Shown piece after piece: positions 48,022 through 58,889 of a DNA stretch of 64,000 nucleotides. How positions within the stretch are numbered: position 1 is the stretch's first letter; every line of letters begins with the position of its first letter. A program made the position numbers and the translations under genes. The notes under the pieces are model-generated. The model was given only the letters and a program-made list of their open reading frames with translations, did no database searches and was not told the DNA's origin. This DNA is from Acidimicrobiales bacterium (GTDB lineage: Bacteria > Actinomycetota > Acidimicrobiia > Acidimicrobiales > Bog-793): positions 60 to 64,059 of the forward strand of contig JBEKLQ010000010.1 in NCBI GenBank assembly GCA_050010115.1, given 5' to 3'.

Positions 48022-48896
48022 GCATCGCCCCGAAGGTCCGTCCCCCGGGCGACAAGAAGCGGGCAGTCGCCATCGTCGCTGCCCTCGTGCTGGCCGTCGT
48101 CGTCCTGACCGTGTTGATCGTCCAGACCGGTGGCAGCCGGGTAGTCGCCCCGGCCGGTACCTCGACGAGCACGTTGGGGAGCACATCTTCGAGCACCACG
48201 CCGACGAGCACCGTGCCTCCGAGCACCTTCGCGCCGCCTTCCACGGTGGCGTTGGCAACCCAACCCGTAACACCGACCTGCCCGCCGGCAGGTGGGGCAC
48301 CGAAGCGGGAGGTGCTCTTCTCCAAGGCGCCCCCGGACTGCATCGCCAGGACGTCGGTGTGGGACGCCACCTTCCAGACCTCGGTCGGCGACTTCACCGT
48401 GCAGATGGTCGCCGCCAAGTCTTACGCAGCCGTGAACAATTTCGTGTTCCTCGCCGGATGGCACTTCTATGACGGCACGTTCTTCCACCGGATCATCCCC
48501 GGTTTCGTGGTGCAAGGCGGCGACCCGACCGGCACGGGCAGCGGCGGTGCCGGCACCGGCACGGCTGTGCTCGCACGTTACGGCTACCCCGGCTATCAGT
48601 TCACCGGCAACACCCCGCCGGCCAGCTGCAAGACGAAGACAGGCCCCGACTGCTACCAGCCCTACGACTTCGCCATGGCGAACACGGGCAAGCCGACGAC
48701 CAACACGAGCCAGTTCTTCATCGTGCTGCCAGGTGGGCAGTCGACGCTCGACACCGAGCCGCTCTACACCGACTTCGGGCACATCATCTCGGGCACCAGC
48801 GTCGTCGCCAAGATCGGCTCGGACGGCTCGACGAGCGGCACGCCGACGGTGAAGGTGTACGTGACCAAGGTCGTCGTGGCCGAGGTCAAGGCCTGA
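48018..48896 (+). CDS. membrane-anchored/secreted cyclophilin-type peptidyl-prolyl isomerase
   Basis: N-terminal TM, Ser/Thr/Pro linker, then FHRIIPGFVVQGGDPTGTGSGG and ..ANTGKPTTNTSQFFIV. The start overlaps the gpmA stop (ATGA). Confidence 0.8.
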   Translation: MSIAPKVRPPGDKKRAVAIVAALVLAVVVLTVLIVQTGGSRVVAPAGTSTSTLGSTSSSTTPTSTVPPSTFAPPSTVALATQPVTPTCPPAGGAPKREVLFSKAPPDCIARTSVWDATFQTSVGDFTVQMVAAKSYAAVNNFVFLAGWHFYDGTFFHRIIPGFVVQGGDPTGTGSGGAGTGTAVLARYGYPGYQFTGNTPPASCKTKTGPDCYQPYDFAMANTGKPTTNTSQFFIVLPGGQSTLDTEPLYTDFGHIISGTSVVAKIGSDGSTSGTPTVKVYVTKVVVAEVKA

Positions 48897-48902
48897 TCCG
48901 TC

Positions 48903-48955
48903 CCGGCTAGGGCCGGCTAGGGCTCGGCCACGGCTCGGCCAGGGCTCGGCCAGGG
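48903..48955. repeat. degenerate 10/11-bp tandem array x5 directly after the PPIase stop
   Basis: ccggctaggg x2 (48903-48922), then ctcggccacgg, ctcggccaggg, ctcggccaggg (48923-48955). Confidence 0.8.
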
Positions 48956-48969
48956 CCATCATGCTGGTA

Positions 48970-48998
48970 GTTCACACCCCGTTCACATTCGGGTAACA
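48970..48998 (+). promoter_or_regulatory. three helically phased direct hexamers upstream of amt (possible GlnR-type activator site)
   Basis: GTTCAC (48970), GTTCAC (48981), GTAACA (48993) at 11-12 bp spacing, about 135 nt upstream of the amt ATG. They loosely resemble actinomycete GlnR boxes (gTnAc-n6-GaAAc). Confidence 0.3.
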
Positions 48999-49131
48999 CA
49001 GCCTTCTCGCCCCACTTACAGCCGCGCAACACCCCCTCCGTACGCTGCGTCGAAACCCAAGTAGCTCCTAGGACAACGACGTCCGACGGGCCCGCACCAC
49101 ATGGCCTGACGCCGGTGACCAAGGAGGTTGC

Positions 49132-50900
<1,769 letters not shown>

Positions 50901-50918
50901 CCCTCCCAAAGTCAACGA

Positions 50919-50962
50919 GGCGCCCGGCCGGCGCTCGGGCTCATTGTCGAGTCCCGGGCGCC
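50919..50962. terminator. hairpin after glnK (9-bp outer stem, internally structured loop)
   Basis: ggcgcccgg (50919-50927) pairs with ccgggcgcc (50954-50962). Confidence 0.35.
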
Positions 50963-51014
50963 GGCCTGTTGGCGTCCCCATGCTCGCTTAGCGTGGCCGC
51001 AGTACGCTGCGGAC

Positions 51015-51446
51015 ATGTCTCCTACCGCCTCGTTCGATTTCGGAAGCGTGTGGCTCTTCAGCGAGTGCTCTCGTTCGGAGCTCAAGTCCATCTCCAAGAG
51101 CGCCGAGACGGTCACGGTGACGGCCGGCACCACCGTGTGCGACGAGGGCGAGGTCGGGCAGACCTTCTACTTCATCGTGAGTGGCAAGGCGATAGTGAGC
51201 CGCAACGGCCGGAAGACCGCGGAGCTCGGCCCCGGCGGGTACTTCGGCGAGCTGGCCCTCCTCGACCGCCTGCCGCGGTCGGCGACGGTCAAGGCTGCGA
51301 CGGATATGGAGCTGCTGGCCATCTCCCAGAAGGACTTCAACCGGCTCCTGACCGAATCCGCCAGCCTGACACGGAAGCTCTTGGTCGCGACCGCCTCGCG
51401 CCTGCGCAACGCTGACGCCAAGGCGCTCGGAGCGGCCGTCCACTAG
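51015..51446 (+). CDS. cyclic nucleotide-binding domain protein (no attached output domain)
   Basis: 143 aa. ...GEVGQTFYFIVSGKA...GPGGYFGELALLDRLPRSATVKA (the FGE..L....RSA cNMP-binding signature). TACGCT-N6-ATG geometry suggests a leaderless transcript. Confidence 0.75.
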   Translation: MSPTASFDFGSVWLFSECSRSELKSISKSAETVTVTAGTTVCDEGEVGQTFYFIVSGKAIVSRNGRKTAELGPGGYFGELALLDRLPRSATVKAATDMELLAISQKDFNRLLTESASLTRKLLVATASRLRNADAKALGAAVH

Positions 51447-51483
51447 CAACTAGACGTGAGCCCGCGACGGCGTCGCGGGTGGC

Positions 51484-53631
51484 TCAGCTTGCCGGTGGTG
51501 GGTCGGTCCGCTCCGCCATCGAGCGCTCGAGGATCTGCGAGATGTCGAGCACCGAGACCTCCTCACTGCGATGGCGCTCCTTCACAGCGTCGTCCAACAT
51601 GATCAAGCAGTAGGGGCATGCTGTCGACACGACGTCGGCGCCCGTGCCGAGCGCCTCGTCCATACGCTCGAGGTTGACCCGCTTGCCGATCTTCTCCTCG
51701 AGCCACATGCGAGCGCCCCCGGCCCCGCAGCAGAAACCCCTCTCCTTGCACCGATGCATCTCCACTGAGCTCACTCCCGGCACGGCGTCGAGGACCGAGC
51801 GCGGCTCGTCGTAGACGCGGTTGTGGCGACCGAGGTAGCAGGGGTCGTGGTAGGTGACCTTGGCGTCGAACCGCTCGGGCCGGAGCCGCCCATCGGACAC
51901 GAGGCGGCTCAGCAACTGCGAGTGGTGGAGGACCTCGAAGTCACCGCCGAGGGCCGGGTACTCCTTGTTGATCGAGTTGAAGCAGTGCGGGCACGAGGCG
52001 ATCACCTTCTTTACCCCGGCTGACTTGAGCGTCTCCACGTTCTGCATGGCCTGCATTTGGAAGAGGTACTCGTTGCCGAGCCGGCGAGCCGGATCGCCCG
52101 TACAGGACTCAGCCGGACCGAGGATGGCGAAGGTGACGCCCGCCTGGTGCAGCAGCCGGGCGGTCGACTGCGTCGTCTTGCGGGCACGCTCGTCCAAAGC
52201 GCCGGCGCACCCGACCCAGAACAGATACTCGATGTCGTCGGGGATCGTGTCGGTGACGACGGGGATCTCGAAATCGAGCGCCTCGGTCCACTCGAGGCGC
52301 TTGGAGCTGCCGAGGCCCCAGGGGTCGCCCCGGTTTTCGATGTTGCGCAGCATCAGTCCGGCCTCGGTCGGGAAGCGCGACTCGATCAACACCTCGTACC
52401 GCCGCATGTCGACGATGGCGTCGATGTGCTCGATGTCCACCGGGCACTGCTCGACGCACGCCCCGCACGTCGTGCACGACCAGAGCACGTCCGGGTCGAT
52501 CACGCCCGGCACGAGCGTGGGGGCCTGTTCGAGGGCGATGGCAGCACTCGCTGCCGCGCTCGAAGGCGCTGAGTCGGAAGATCCAGCCCGGCGGGCCGCT
52601 GCGCCAACGAGCACACGTCCGGAGCTCTTCAGCAACTCGTCGCGGAGGCCCATGATCACGAGCTTCGGCGAGAGCGGCTTCCCGGTGTTCCAAGCCGGGC
52701 ACTGGCTCTGGCAGCGGCCGCACTCGGTACACGTGACGAAGTCCAGCATCTGCTTCCAGGAGAAGTGCTCGATCTTGCCGGCGCCGAACACCGTGTCCTC
52801 GTCCATGTTCTCGACGTCGATCGTCGGCGTCGCGTCGAGAGCGCCGAGGGCACGGGGCTGGCGGGAGAACACCACGTTGATCGGGGCCATCACGATGTGA
52901 AGGTGCTTGGAGTACAGGAGGAAGACGAGGAAGCCCACGATGACGATCACGTTCAGGTCCACGAAGATCGTGGACAACGCCTGGTTCGTGGTGACACCGA
53001 GCGGGTGTAGGAGGTAGCCGACGGCGTGCGAGGCGAAGGCCCAGTGACTGTAGGGGAAGTCGGGTACGCCGTTCGTCGAGACGTTCGTCTGCGCGCCGCG
53101 GTACAGCAACAGCGTGATGACGACGCCGGCGATGAAAGCGAGGGTGACCCAGGCGGCGCCGGTGTGCGACCCGTAGAACCGGCTCTCACGGTCCAGTCGC
53201 TTCGGCGCGTTCTTCAGCCGGATGACGCTGAACACGGCCAGGGACACCAGCACCGCGACGGCGAAGAAGTCCTCGATGAAGCCGACGAACGGGTTCGTCC
53301 CGATCAGTGGGATGTGGAACGTCGACTGGAACAGGTCACCGTACGCCTCGATGATCGTGAGGAACAGGACCGTGAAACCCCAGAACGTGAACGCATGGGC
53401 GAGGCCTGGGACCGTCCACTTGAGGAGCCGCCGCTGGCCGCCGACCTCCTTCAACTCGACCTCGGCCTTCTTGCCCCAGCTCGCCAGCCGTTCTGGCGCA
53501 GGCTTGCCTGCCGTGATGAGCCGGAACAGGAACCAGAGGCGTCGGCCCGCGACGACAAGCGCGATGGCAGTCGCCGCCAGCGCGATCGGGTACCTGGTGA
53601 GCACGTGCCCTCCTCGGGGAGATGCCGCCAC
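51484..53631 (-). CDS. membrane-anchored Fe-S oxidoreductase (N-terminal multi-TM domain + 2x[4Fe-4S] + HdrD/GlpC-type CCG domains)
   Basis: 5-6 N-terminal TM helices. CTECGRCQSQCP and CTTCGACVEQCP ferredoxin motifs. Cys-rich CCG motifs CPHCFNS and CCGAGGARMW. Architecture resembles M. tuberculosis Rv0338c-type proteins. Confidence 0.75.
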   Translation of the reverse strand: MAASPRGGHVLTRYPIALAATAIALVVAGRRLWFLFRLITAGKPAPERLASWGKKAEVELKEVGGQRRLLKWTVPGLAHAFTFWGFTVLFLTIIEAYGDLFQSTFHIPLIGTNPFVGFIEDFFAVAVLVSLAVFSVIRLKNAPKRLDRESRFYGSHTGAAWVTLAFIAGVVITLLLYRGAQTNVSTNGVPDFPYSHWAFASHAVGYLLHPLGVTTNQALSTIFVDLNVIVIVGFLVFLLYSKHLHIVMAPINVVFSRQPRALGALDATPTIDVENMDEDTVFGAGKIEHFSWKQMLDFVTCTECGRCQSQCPAWNTGKPLSPKLVIMGLRDELLKSSGRVLVGAAARRAGSSDSAPSSAAASAAIALEQAPTLVPGVIDPDVLWSCTTCGACVEQCPVDIEHIDAIVDMRRYEVLIESRFPTEAGLMLRNIENRGDPWGLGSSKRLEWTEALDFEIPVVTDTIPDDIEYLFWVGCAGALDERARKTTQSTARLLHQAGVTFAILGPAESCTGDPARRLGNEYLFQMQAMQNVETLKSAGVKKVIASCPHCFNSINKEYPALGGDFEVLHHSQLLSRLVSDGRLRPERFDAKVTYHDPCYLGRHNRVYDEPRSVLDAVPGVSSVEMHRCKERGFCCGAGGARMWLEEKIGKRVNLERMDEALGTGADVVSTACPYCLIMLDDAVKERHRSEEVSVLDISQILERSMAERTDPPPAS

Positions 53632-53683
53632 GGCCGGGTGGATGGCGGCGGTCGGGCGCGACGCTGCACGCCCTCTGGAGAAT

Positions 53684-54265
53684 CTATTCGCCCGTGCCGA
53701 CCGACCCGAAATTCTCGAAGTAGCGGCTCGGAGTCGGGCCGCGCTGGTTCTGGTACTTCGAACCGAGGCCGGCCGAGCCGTACGGAGTGTCAGCCGCCGT
53801 CGTCATGCGCAGGAAGCTGATCTGGCCGATCTTCATGCCGGGGTACACAGTGATGGGAAGGTTGGCGACGTTGGAGAGCTCGAGCGTCAGGTACCCGTCC
53901 CACCCAGCATCGACGAAACCCGCCGTCGAGTGGATCAACAACCCCAGACGCCCCAGGCTCGACTTGCCCTCCAACCTGCCGACGAGGTCGGCGGGGAGGC
54001 GGACGCGTTCGACCGTGGAGCCGAGAACGAATTCGCCCGGGTGCAGGATGAGCGGGTCGTCCCCGACGGCCTCTACCAGCTCGGTGAGCTCTTCCTGGTT
54101 CTCCCGCACGTCGATGACCCGCTGGGTGTGGTTGCGGAACACGCGGAAATATCGGTCGACGTGCAGGTCGACCGATGACGGCTGGATGCAGCCTTCGCCG
54201 AGCGGGGAGATCCCGATCCGCCCTGCGTCGAGCTCCTCACGGATGGTCCGGTCCGACAGGATCAT
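53684..54265 (-). CDS. dcd: dCTP deaminase
   Basis: Trimmed to [12 protein letters not shown]...[10 protein letters not shown]...[31 protein letters not shown] (193 aa). Confidence 0.85.
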   Translation of the reverse strand: MILSDRTIREELDAGRIGISPLGEGCIQPSSVDLHVDRYFRVFRNHTQRVIDVRENQEELTELVEAVGDDPLILHPGEFVLGSTVERVRLPADLVGRLEGKSSLGRLGLLIHSTAGFVDAGWDGYLTLELSNVANLPITVYPGMKIGQISFLRMTTAADTPYGSAGLGSKYQNQRGPTPSRYFENFGSVGTGE

Positions 54266-54338
54266 GCGGGAGCACCCTACTGGCGCCGAACCGAAGGTGC
54301 CTCCGACAACATTCTCACGCTCGTGGTAAGGTTGGTTC

Positions 54339-54749
54339 ATGCCCGCTGCGGCCCCTACCCGCGACCTCGCCGGCGGAGGCACGCTCACGATCCACGAGGC
54401 GTCCGCCATCACCGGCTGGTCCGCTCGCATGCTCCGCTACATCGAGGAGTCCGGCTTGGTCGTCCCGGTGCGGTCGGCAGGCGGCTACCGCCTGTTCGGG
54501 CCGGCGGAGCTACAGCGCTTGCGCACGCTGCGCGAGCTCCTGGAGGAGTTCGGCGTGGAGTTGTCCGAGGTGGGTTTTGCGTTGCGACTCCGTGAGGACC
54601 GTTCGTTGCGTGCCGCTCTGGACGCCTGGTTCTCCGCTCAGGCCGTGCGCCCGGACGAGGTGGCCCCGGCTGAGTGGCTTGCCTTCGAGCAGGAGAAGCA
54701 CCTGCGGTTGCTGGCCGCAGCGGCTGCTCCGCCGAGACCGAATGAGTAA
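54339..54749 (+). CDS. MerR-family transcriptional regulator
   Basis: [46 protein letters not shown] (HTH plus wing). It ends 10 nt before ahcY. Confidence 0.75.
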   Translation: MPAAAPTRDLAGGGTLTIHEASAITGWSARMLRYIEESGLVVPVRSAGGYRLFGPAELQRLRTLRELLEEFGVELSEVGFALRLREDRSLRAALDAWFSAQAVRPDEVAPAEWLAFEQEKHLRLLAAAAAPPRPNE

Positions 54750-54759
54750 AGGAGATGGG

Positions 54760-56196
54760 ATGAGCTTCGACTACAAAGTGGCTGACCTGACGCTCGCCGG
54801 CTTCGGCCGGAAGGAGATCGAGCTGGCCGAGCACGAGATGCCCGGTCTCATGGCGGTTCGGGAGGAGTTCGCCGAGGCTCAGCCGCTCCGCGGGGCGCGT
54901 GTGAGCGGGTCGCTCCACATGACGGTGCAGACCGCCGTGCTGATCGAGACCCTGGTCGACCTCGGGGCCGAGGTTCGCTGGGCGTCCTGCAACATCTTCT
55001 CCACCCAGGACCACGCCGCCGCCGCGGCCGCCGTCGGTCGTGGCGGGACTGTTGAGTCGCCGGCGGGTGTGCCGGTGTTCGCCTGGAAGGGCGAGAGCCT
55101 CGAGGAGTACTGGTGGTGCACCGAGCAGGCGCTGCGCTGGCCTGACGGCGGCGGCCCGAACATGATCCTCGACGACGGTGGTGACGCGACGTTGCTGGTG
55201 CACAAGGGTGTGGAGTTCGAGAAAGCCGGCTCGGTGCCGGACCCGTCCACCGCTGACAGCGAGGAGCTCGCCGTCGTGCTGGCATTGCTCGGGCGGACGC
55301 TGAGCGAGGATGCGACGCTCTGGACGTCGATCGCGAACGGGATCCGAGGGGTCACCGAGGAGACCACCACCGGCGTCCACCGCCTCTACCAGATGCATGA
55401 GCGGGGAGAGCTGCTGTTCCCGGCGATCAACGTCAACGACTCGGTCACGAAGTCGAAGTTCGACAACAAGTACGGCTGCCGCCACTCCCTCATCGATGGG
55501 ATCAACCGCGCCACCGACGTCCTCATCGGTGGGAAGGTCGCTGTGGTCTGCGGCTACGGCGACGTCGGGAAAGGTTGCGCCGAGTCCTTGCGCGGCCAGG
55601 GGGCCCGGGTGGTCGTCACCGAGATCGACCCGATCTGCGCGCTGCAAGCGGTGATGGACGGCTACCAGGTCGCCACACTGGAGGATTTCGTCGGGGTGGC
55701 TGACATCTTCGTGACGGCCACCGGTAACCGGTCGGTGCTCACGGCCGAGCACATGGCGGCGATGAAGCACCAGGCGATCGTCGGCAACATCGGCCACTTC
55801 GACAACGAGGTCGACATGGCCGGACTGGCGAAGGTACCCGGCATCGAGCGCGTCAACATCAAGCCCCAGGTGGACAAGTGGGTGTTCCCCGACGGCCATG
55901 CCGTGATCGTGCTGGCCGAAGGCCGGTTGCTCAACCTCGGCTGCGCTACGGGTCACCCGAGTTTTGTGATGTCGAATTCCTTCACGAACCAGACGATCGC
56001 CCAGATCGAGCTGTTCACGAAGACGGCCGACTACCCGACCGGTGTGCACGTGCTGCCGAAGCACCTCGACGAGAAGGTCGCCCGCCTGCATCTCGGGGCG
56101 TTGGGTGTCAAGCTGACGACGCTCTCGGAGGAGCAGGCCGCCTACATCGGCGTGCCGGTCTCAGGTCCCTACAAGAGCGACGCCTACCGGTATTGA
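54760..56196 (+). CDS. ahcY: adenosylhomocysteinase (S-adenosyl-L-homocysteine hydrolase)
   Basis: Trimmed from the 673-aa ORF to [31 protein letters not shown] (ATG 54760, AAAGGAG SD). NAD site [11 protein letters not shown] and GHFDNE. Confidence 0.9.
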   Translation: MSFDYKVADLTLAGFGRKEIELAEHEMPGLMAVREEFAEAQPLRGARVSGSLHMTVQTAVLIETLVDLGAEVRWASCNIFSTQDHAAAAAAVGRGGTVESPAGVPVFAWKGESLEEYWWCTEQALRWPDGGGPNMILDDGGDATLLVHKGVEFEKAGSVPDPSTADSEELAVVLALLGRTLSEDATLWTSIANGIRGVTEETTTGVHRLYQMHERGELLFPAINVNDSVTKSKFDNKYGCRHSLIDGINRATDVLIGGKVAVVCGYGDVGKGCAESLRGQGARVVVTEIDPICALQAVMDGYQVATLEDFVGVADIFVTATGNRSVLTAEHMAAMKHQAIVGNIGHFDNEVDMAGLAKVPGIERVNIKPQVDKWVFPDGHAVIVLAEGRLLNLGCATGHPSFVMSNSFTNQTIAQIELFTKTADYPTGVHVLPKHLDEKVARLHLGALGVKLTTLSEEQAAYIGVPVSGPYKSDAYRY

Positions 56197-56319
56197 GCGG
56201 GTGGCTACAGGCGGCTGTCAGCCAGCGCTTGCGCTTGCCAGTCACCGACGCCCGGCCGGAGCGCCGCTGTCACCGCAACTTTGCACTGTGCCGAGCACAC
56301 GTGACAACGGCACCGGCGG

Positions 56320-56352
56320 CCGCACACCCCCTCCTCTGGAGGGGGTGTGCGG
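56320..56352. terminator. perfect 15-bp-stem hairpin between convergent ahcY and lon (bidirectional terminator candidate)
   Basis: ccgcacaccccctcc (56320-56334), loop tct, ggagggggtgtgcgg (56338-56352). Confidence 0.6.
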
Positions 56353-56373
56353 AGGCGGTGGCGAGTTGTCGGC

Positions 56374-58803
56374 TCAGGCCGCAGCCGACCCGGCCGCAGC
56401 CGTTGCGTCGTCGGCCGACGGCCCGCTGCCCTGCTCGCTGGCCGAGCCCGAGATCACCGGCTCGAGCGCTGCCGCTAGCACCTCACCGACGTTCGTCGCG
56501 AGGTGGAATGTCATCTCCTCACGCACGGCTTCGGGTACGTCCTCCAGATCCGGCCCGTTGCGCACGGGGAGCACGACCTCCCGCAAGCCGGCACGGTGGG
56601 CGGCGAGCACCTTCTGCTTGACGCCACCGATCGGGAGGACGAGGCCCTGGAGGGTCACCTCGCCGGTCATACCGACCGGCGAGCGGACCGGGCGCTCGGT
56701 CAGCAACGACACCAGCGCTGTCACCATCGTCACGCCGGCGGAGGGGCCGTCCTTCGGAACCGCACCCGCCGGTACGTGCACGTGGAAACGCCGACTGTCC
56801 AGTGCGTGGGCATCGATGCCGAGTTCCTTCGCGTGCGAGCGTACGTAGGACAAGGCGATCTCGGCCGACTCCTTCATCACGTCACCGAGCTGGCCGGTGA
56901 GCACCAGGCCCTCCGGTCCGTCCATCGACGTGGCCTCGACGTAGAGGACGTCGCCACCGGAGCCGGTGACGGCGAGGCCGGTCGCGACCCCGGGCACCGC
57001 CGTCCGGTCGGCGGCCTCGAAGAAGAAGCGTGCCCGTCCCAGCCATCCACGCACGTCGCCGGCGTCGACGAGGACGGAGGCTTGGATCGCACCGGAGGCG
57101 AGTTTCGTGGCCACCTTGCGCAGCAGCCTGCCGAGCTCACGCTCGAGCGACCGGACTCCGGCCTCGCGGGTGTAGTCGGCGATGATCGTCCGGACGGCGT
57201 CGTCAGTGACGTCGACCTCGCCATCGCGGAGCGCCGACCGCTCGATCTGGCGAACCAGGAGGTGGTGGCGAGCGATGGCAACCTTCTCGTCTTCGGTGTA
57301 GCCGTCCAGCCGGATGACCTCCATCCGGTCGAGCAGTGGCGAGGGGATCGTATCGACGACGTTGGCGGTCGCGATGAACAGCACCTTCGACAGGTCGAGC
57401 TCGACCTCGAGGTAGTGGTCACGGAACGTGTGGTTCTGCGCCGGGTCGAGCACCTCGAGCAAGGCTGACGAGGGGTCGCCTCGGTAGTCCGAGCCGAGCT
57501 TGTCGATCTCGTCGAGCAAGATGACCGGGTTCATCGTCCCCGCCTCTCGGAGCGCTCTCACGAGGCGACCGGGCTGAGCGCCGACGTAGGTTCTCCGGTG
57601 CCCGCGGATCTCCGCCTCGTCGCGCACCCCACCGAGAGCTACGCGTACGAACGACCGGCCGAGGGCGCGCGCCACCGACTCGCCGAGTGACGTCTTGCCC
57701 ACGCCAGGAGGCCCCACCAGCGCCAGGATCGCGCCGGCGCCCCTAGTTCCTTTCACAGGCGTGAGACCGCGCTCGATCTGCAGCTTGCGGACGGACAGGT
57801 GCTCCAGGATGCGGTCCTTCACGTCGCGCAGGCCGTCGTGGTCCTCTTCGAGGATCCGGCCGGCCTCGCCGATGTCCAGGCGGTCTGCCGATTCCTTGCC
57901 CCAGGGGAGCTCGAAGACGGTGTCGAGCCACGTCTGGATCCACCCGTGCTCGGGGCTTTGCTCGCTCGTGCGCTCCAGGCGACCGATCTCCTTGAGGACC
58001 GCCGCTCGCACCGCCTCGGGCAGTTCGGCCGTCTCCAGGCGCGTGCGATAGCCGTCCGGGCCGGTGACCTCTCCGTCGTCGGAGAGCTCACCGAGCTCCT
58101 TGCGGATGGCATCCAACTGCCGCCGGAGCAGGAACTCCCGCTGGGTCTTCTCCATTCCCTGCTCGACGCTTGTCTTGATCTGGTCGCGAAGCGTCAGATC
58201 GGCGAGGGTGTCCCTGGCGGACGCGAGGACGAGACGCAACCGCTCTTCCAAGTCAGTCGTCTCGAGCACCTTCATCTTCTCGTCAAGTGACAGGTCGGGC
58301 GAGTAACCGGCCAAGTCGGCGATTTGCGACGGGTCCGTGACCTCACGGAGCCGCTCGGCCATCCGGCGGGCGCCGCGGGACAGCAGGATGTTCTCCAGGA
58401 CTGCGCGGTACTCGCGCGCCAGCTCCTGTGCCGTCGTCGATGCGGGCGGCTCACTGATCGGGTCGACCTGCATCCACAGCGCCTCACCCGTTCCGGGGAC
58501 GACCGCACCGATGGCCGCGCGCTGCTGGCCCTGTACGACTGCAGCCAGTGGCCCGCCCGGAAGCTCGCCCGTCTCGAGGATCGCCGAGATCACGCCGATC
58601 GTGGCATAACGCCCCTCGACCCGCGGGACGATGACGAGCCGTCCACCGGCGGCGCCGGCCGCGTCCACGGCAGCCCGCGCCTCGTCGGTCTCGAGCGCCA
58701 GGCTGAACACCATCCCGGGCAGCACGACGCCGGAGGTGAGGGGAAGTAGCGGCAGGGTTTGCTGTCCGTCGAGCTCAGCCACGGTGACTCCTTTGTTGCT
58801 CAT
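56374..58803 (-). CDS. lon: ATP-dependent Lon protease
   Basis: Trimmed to MSNKGVTVAELDGQQTLPLLPL (ATG 58803). Walker A GPPGVGKTSLGESVA. Protease site PKDGPSAGVTMVTALVS. Confidence 0.9.
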   Translation of the reverse strand: MSNKGVTVAELDGQQTLPLLPLTSGVVLPGMVFSLALETDEARAAVDAAGAAGGRLVIVPRVEGRYATIGVISAILETGELPGGPLAAVVQGQQRAAIGAVVPGTGEALWMQVDPISEPPASTTAQELAREYRAVLENILLSRGARRMAERLREVTDPSQIADLAGYSPDLSLDEKMKVLETTDLEERLRLVLASARDTLADLTLRDQIKTSVEQGMEKTQREFLLRRQLDAIRKELGELSDDGEVTGPDGYRTRLETAELPEAVRAAVLKEIGRLERTSEQSPEHGWIQTWLDTVFELPWGKESADRLDIGEAGRILEEDHDGLRDVKDRILEHLSVRKLQIERGLTPVKGTRGAGAILALVGPPGVGKTSLGESVARALGRSFVRVALGGVRDEAEIRGHRRTYVGAQPGRLVRALREAGTMNPVILLDEIDKLGSDYRGDPSSALLEVLDPAQNHTFRDHYLEVELDLSKVLFIATANVVDTIPSPLLDRMEVIRLDGYTEDEKVAIARHHLLVRQIERSALRDGEVDVTDDAVRTIIADYTREAGVRSLERELGRLLRKVATKLASGAIQASVLVDAGDVRGWLGRARFFFEAADRTAVPGVATGLAVTGSGGDVLYVEATSMDGPEGLVLTGQLGDVMKESAEIALSYVRSHAKELGIDAHALDSRRFHVHVPAGAVPKDGPSAGVTMVTALVSLLTERPVRSPVGMTGEVTLQGLVLPIGGVKQKVLAAHRAGLREVVLPVRNGPDLEDVPEAVREEMTFHLATNVGEVLAAALEPVISGSASEQGSGPSADDATAAAGSAAA

Positions 58804-58889
58804 GCAAACAACGGCCACTAGGCGCGGTATTCCGGGCGGGACGAGCCTCCGTCGGCTGAGCGAACCAGGGAAGGCCTGGGGCCTCGTCG

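Noticed and set aside
58804-58889. Searched upstream of lon, and between hspR and clpB (42247-42292), for additional HAIR operators.
   Set aside because: No TTGAGT/ACTCAA half-sites with N7 spacing are present.
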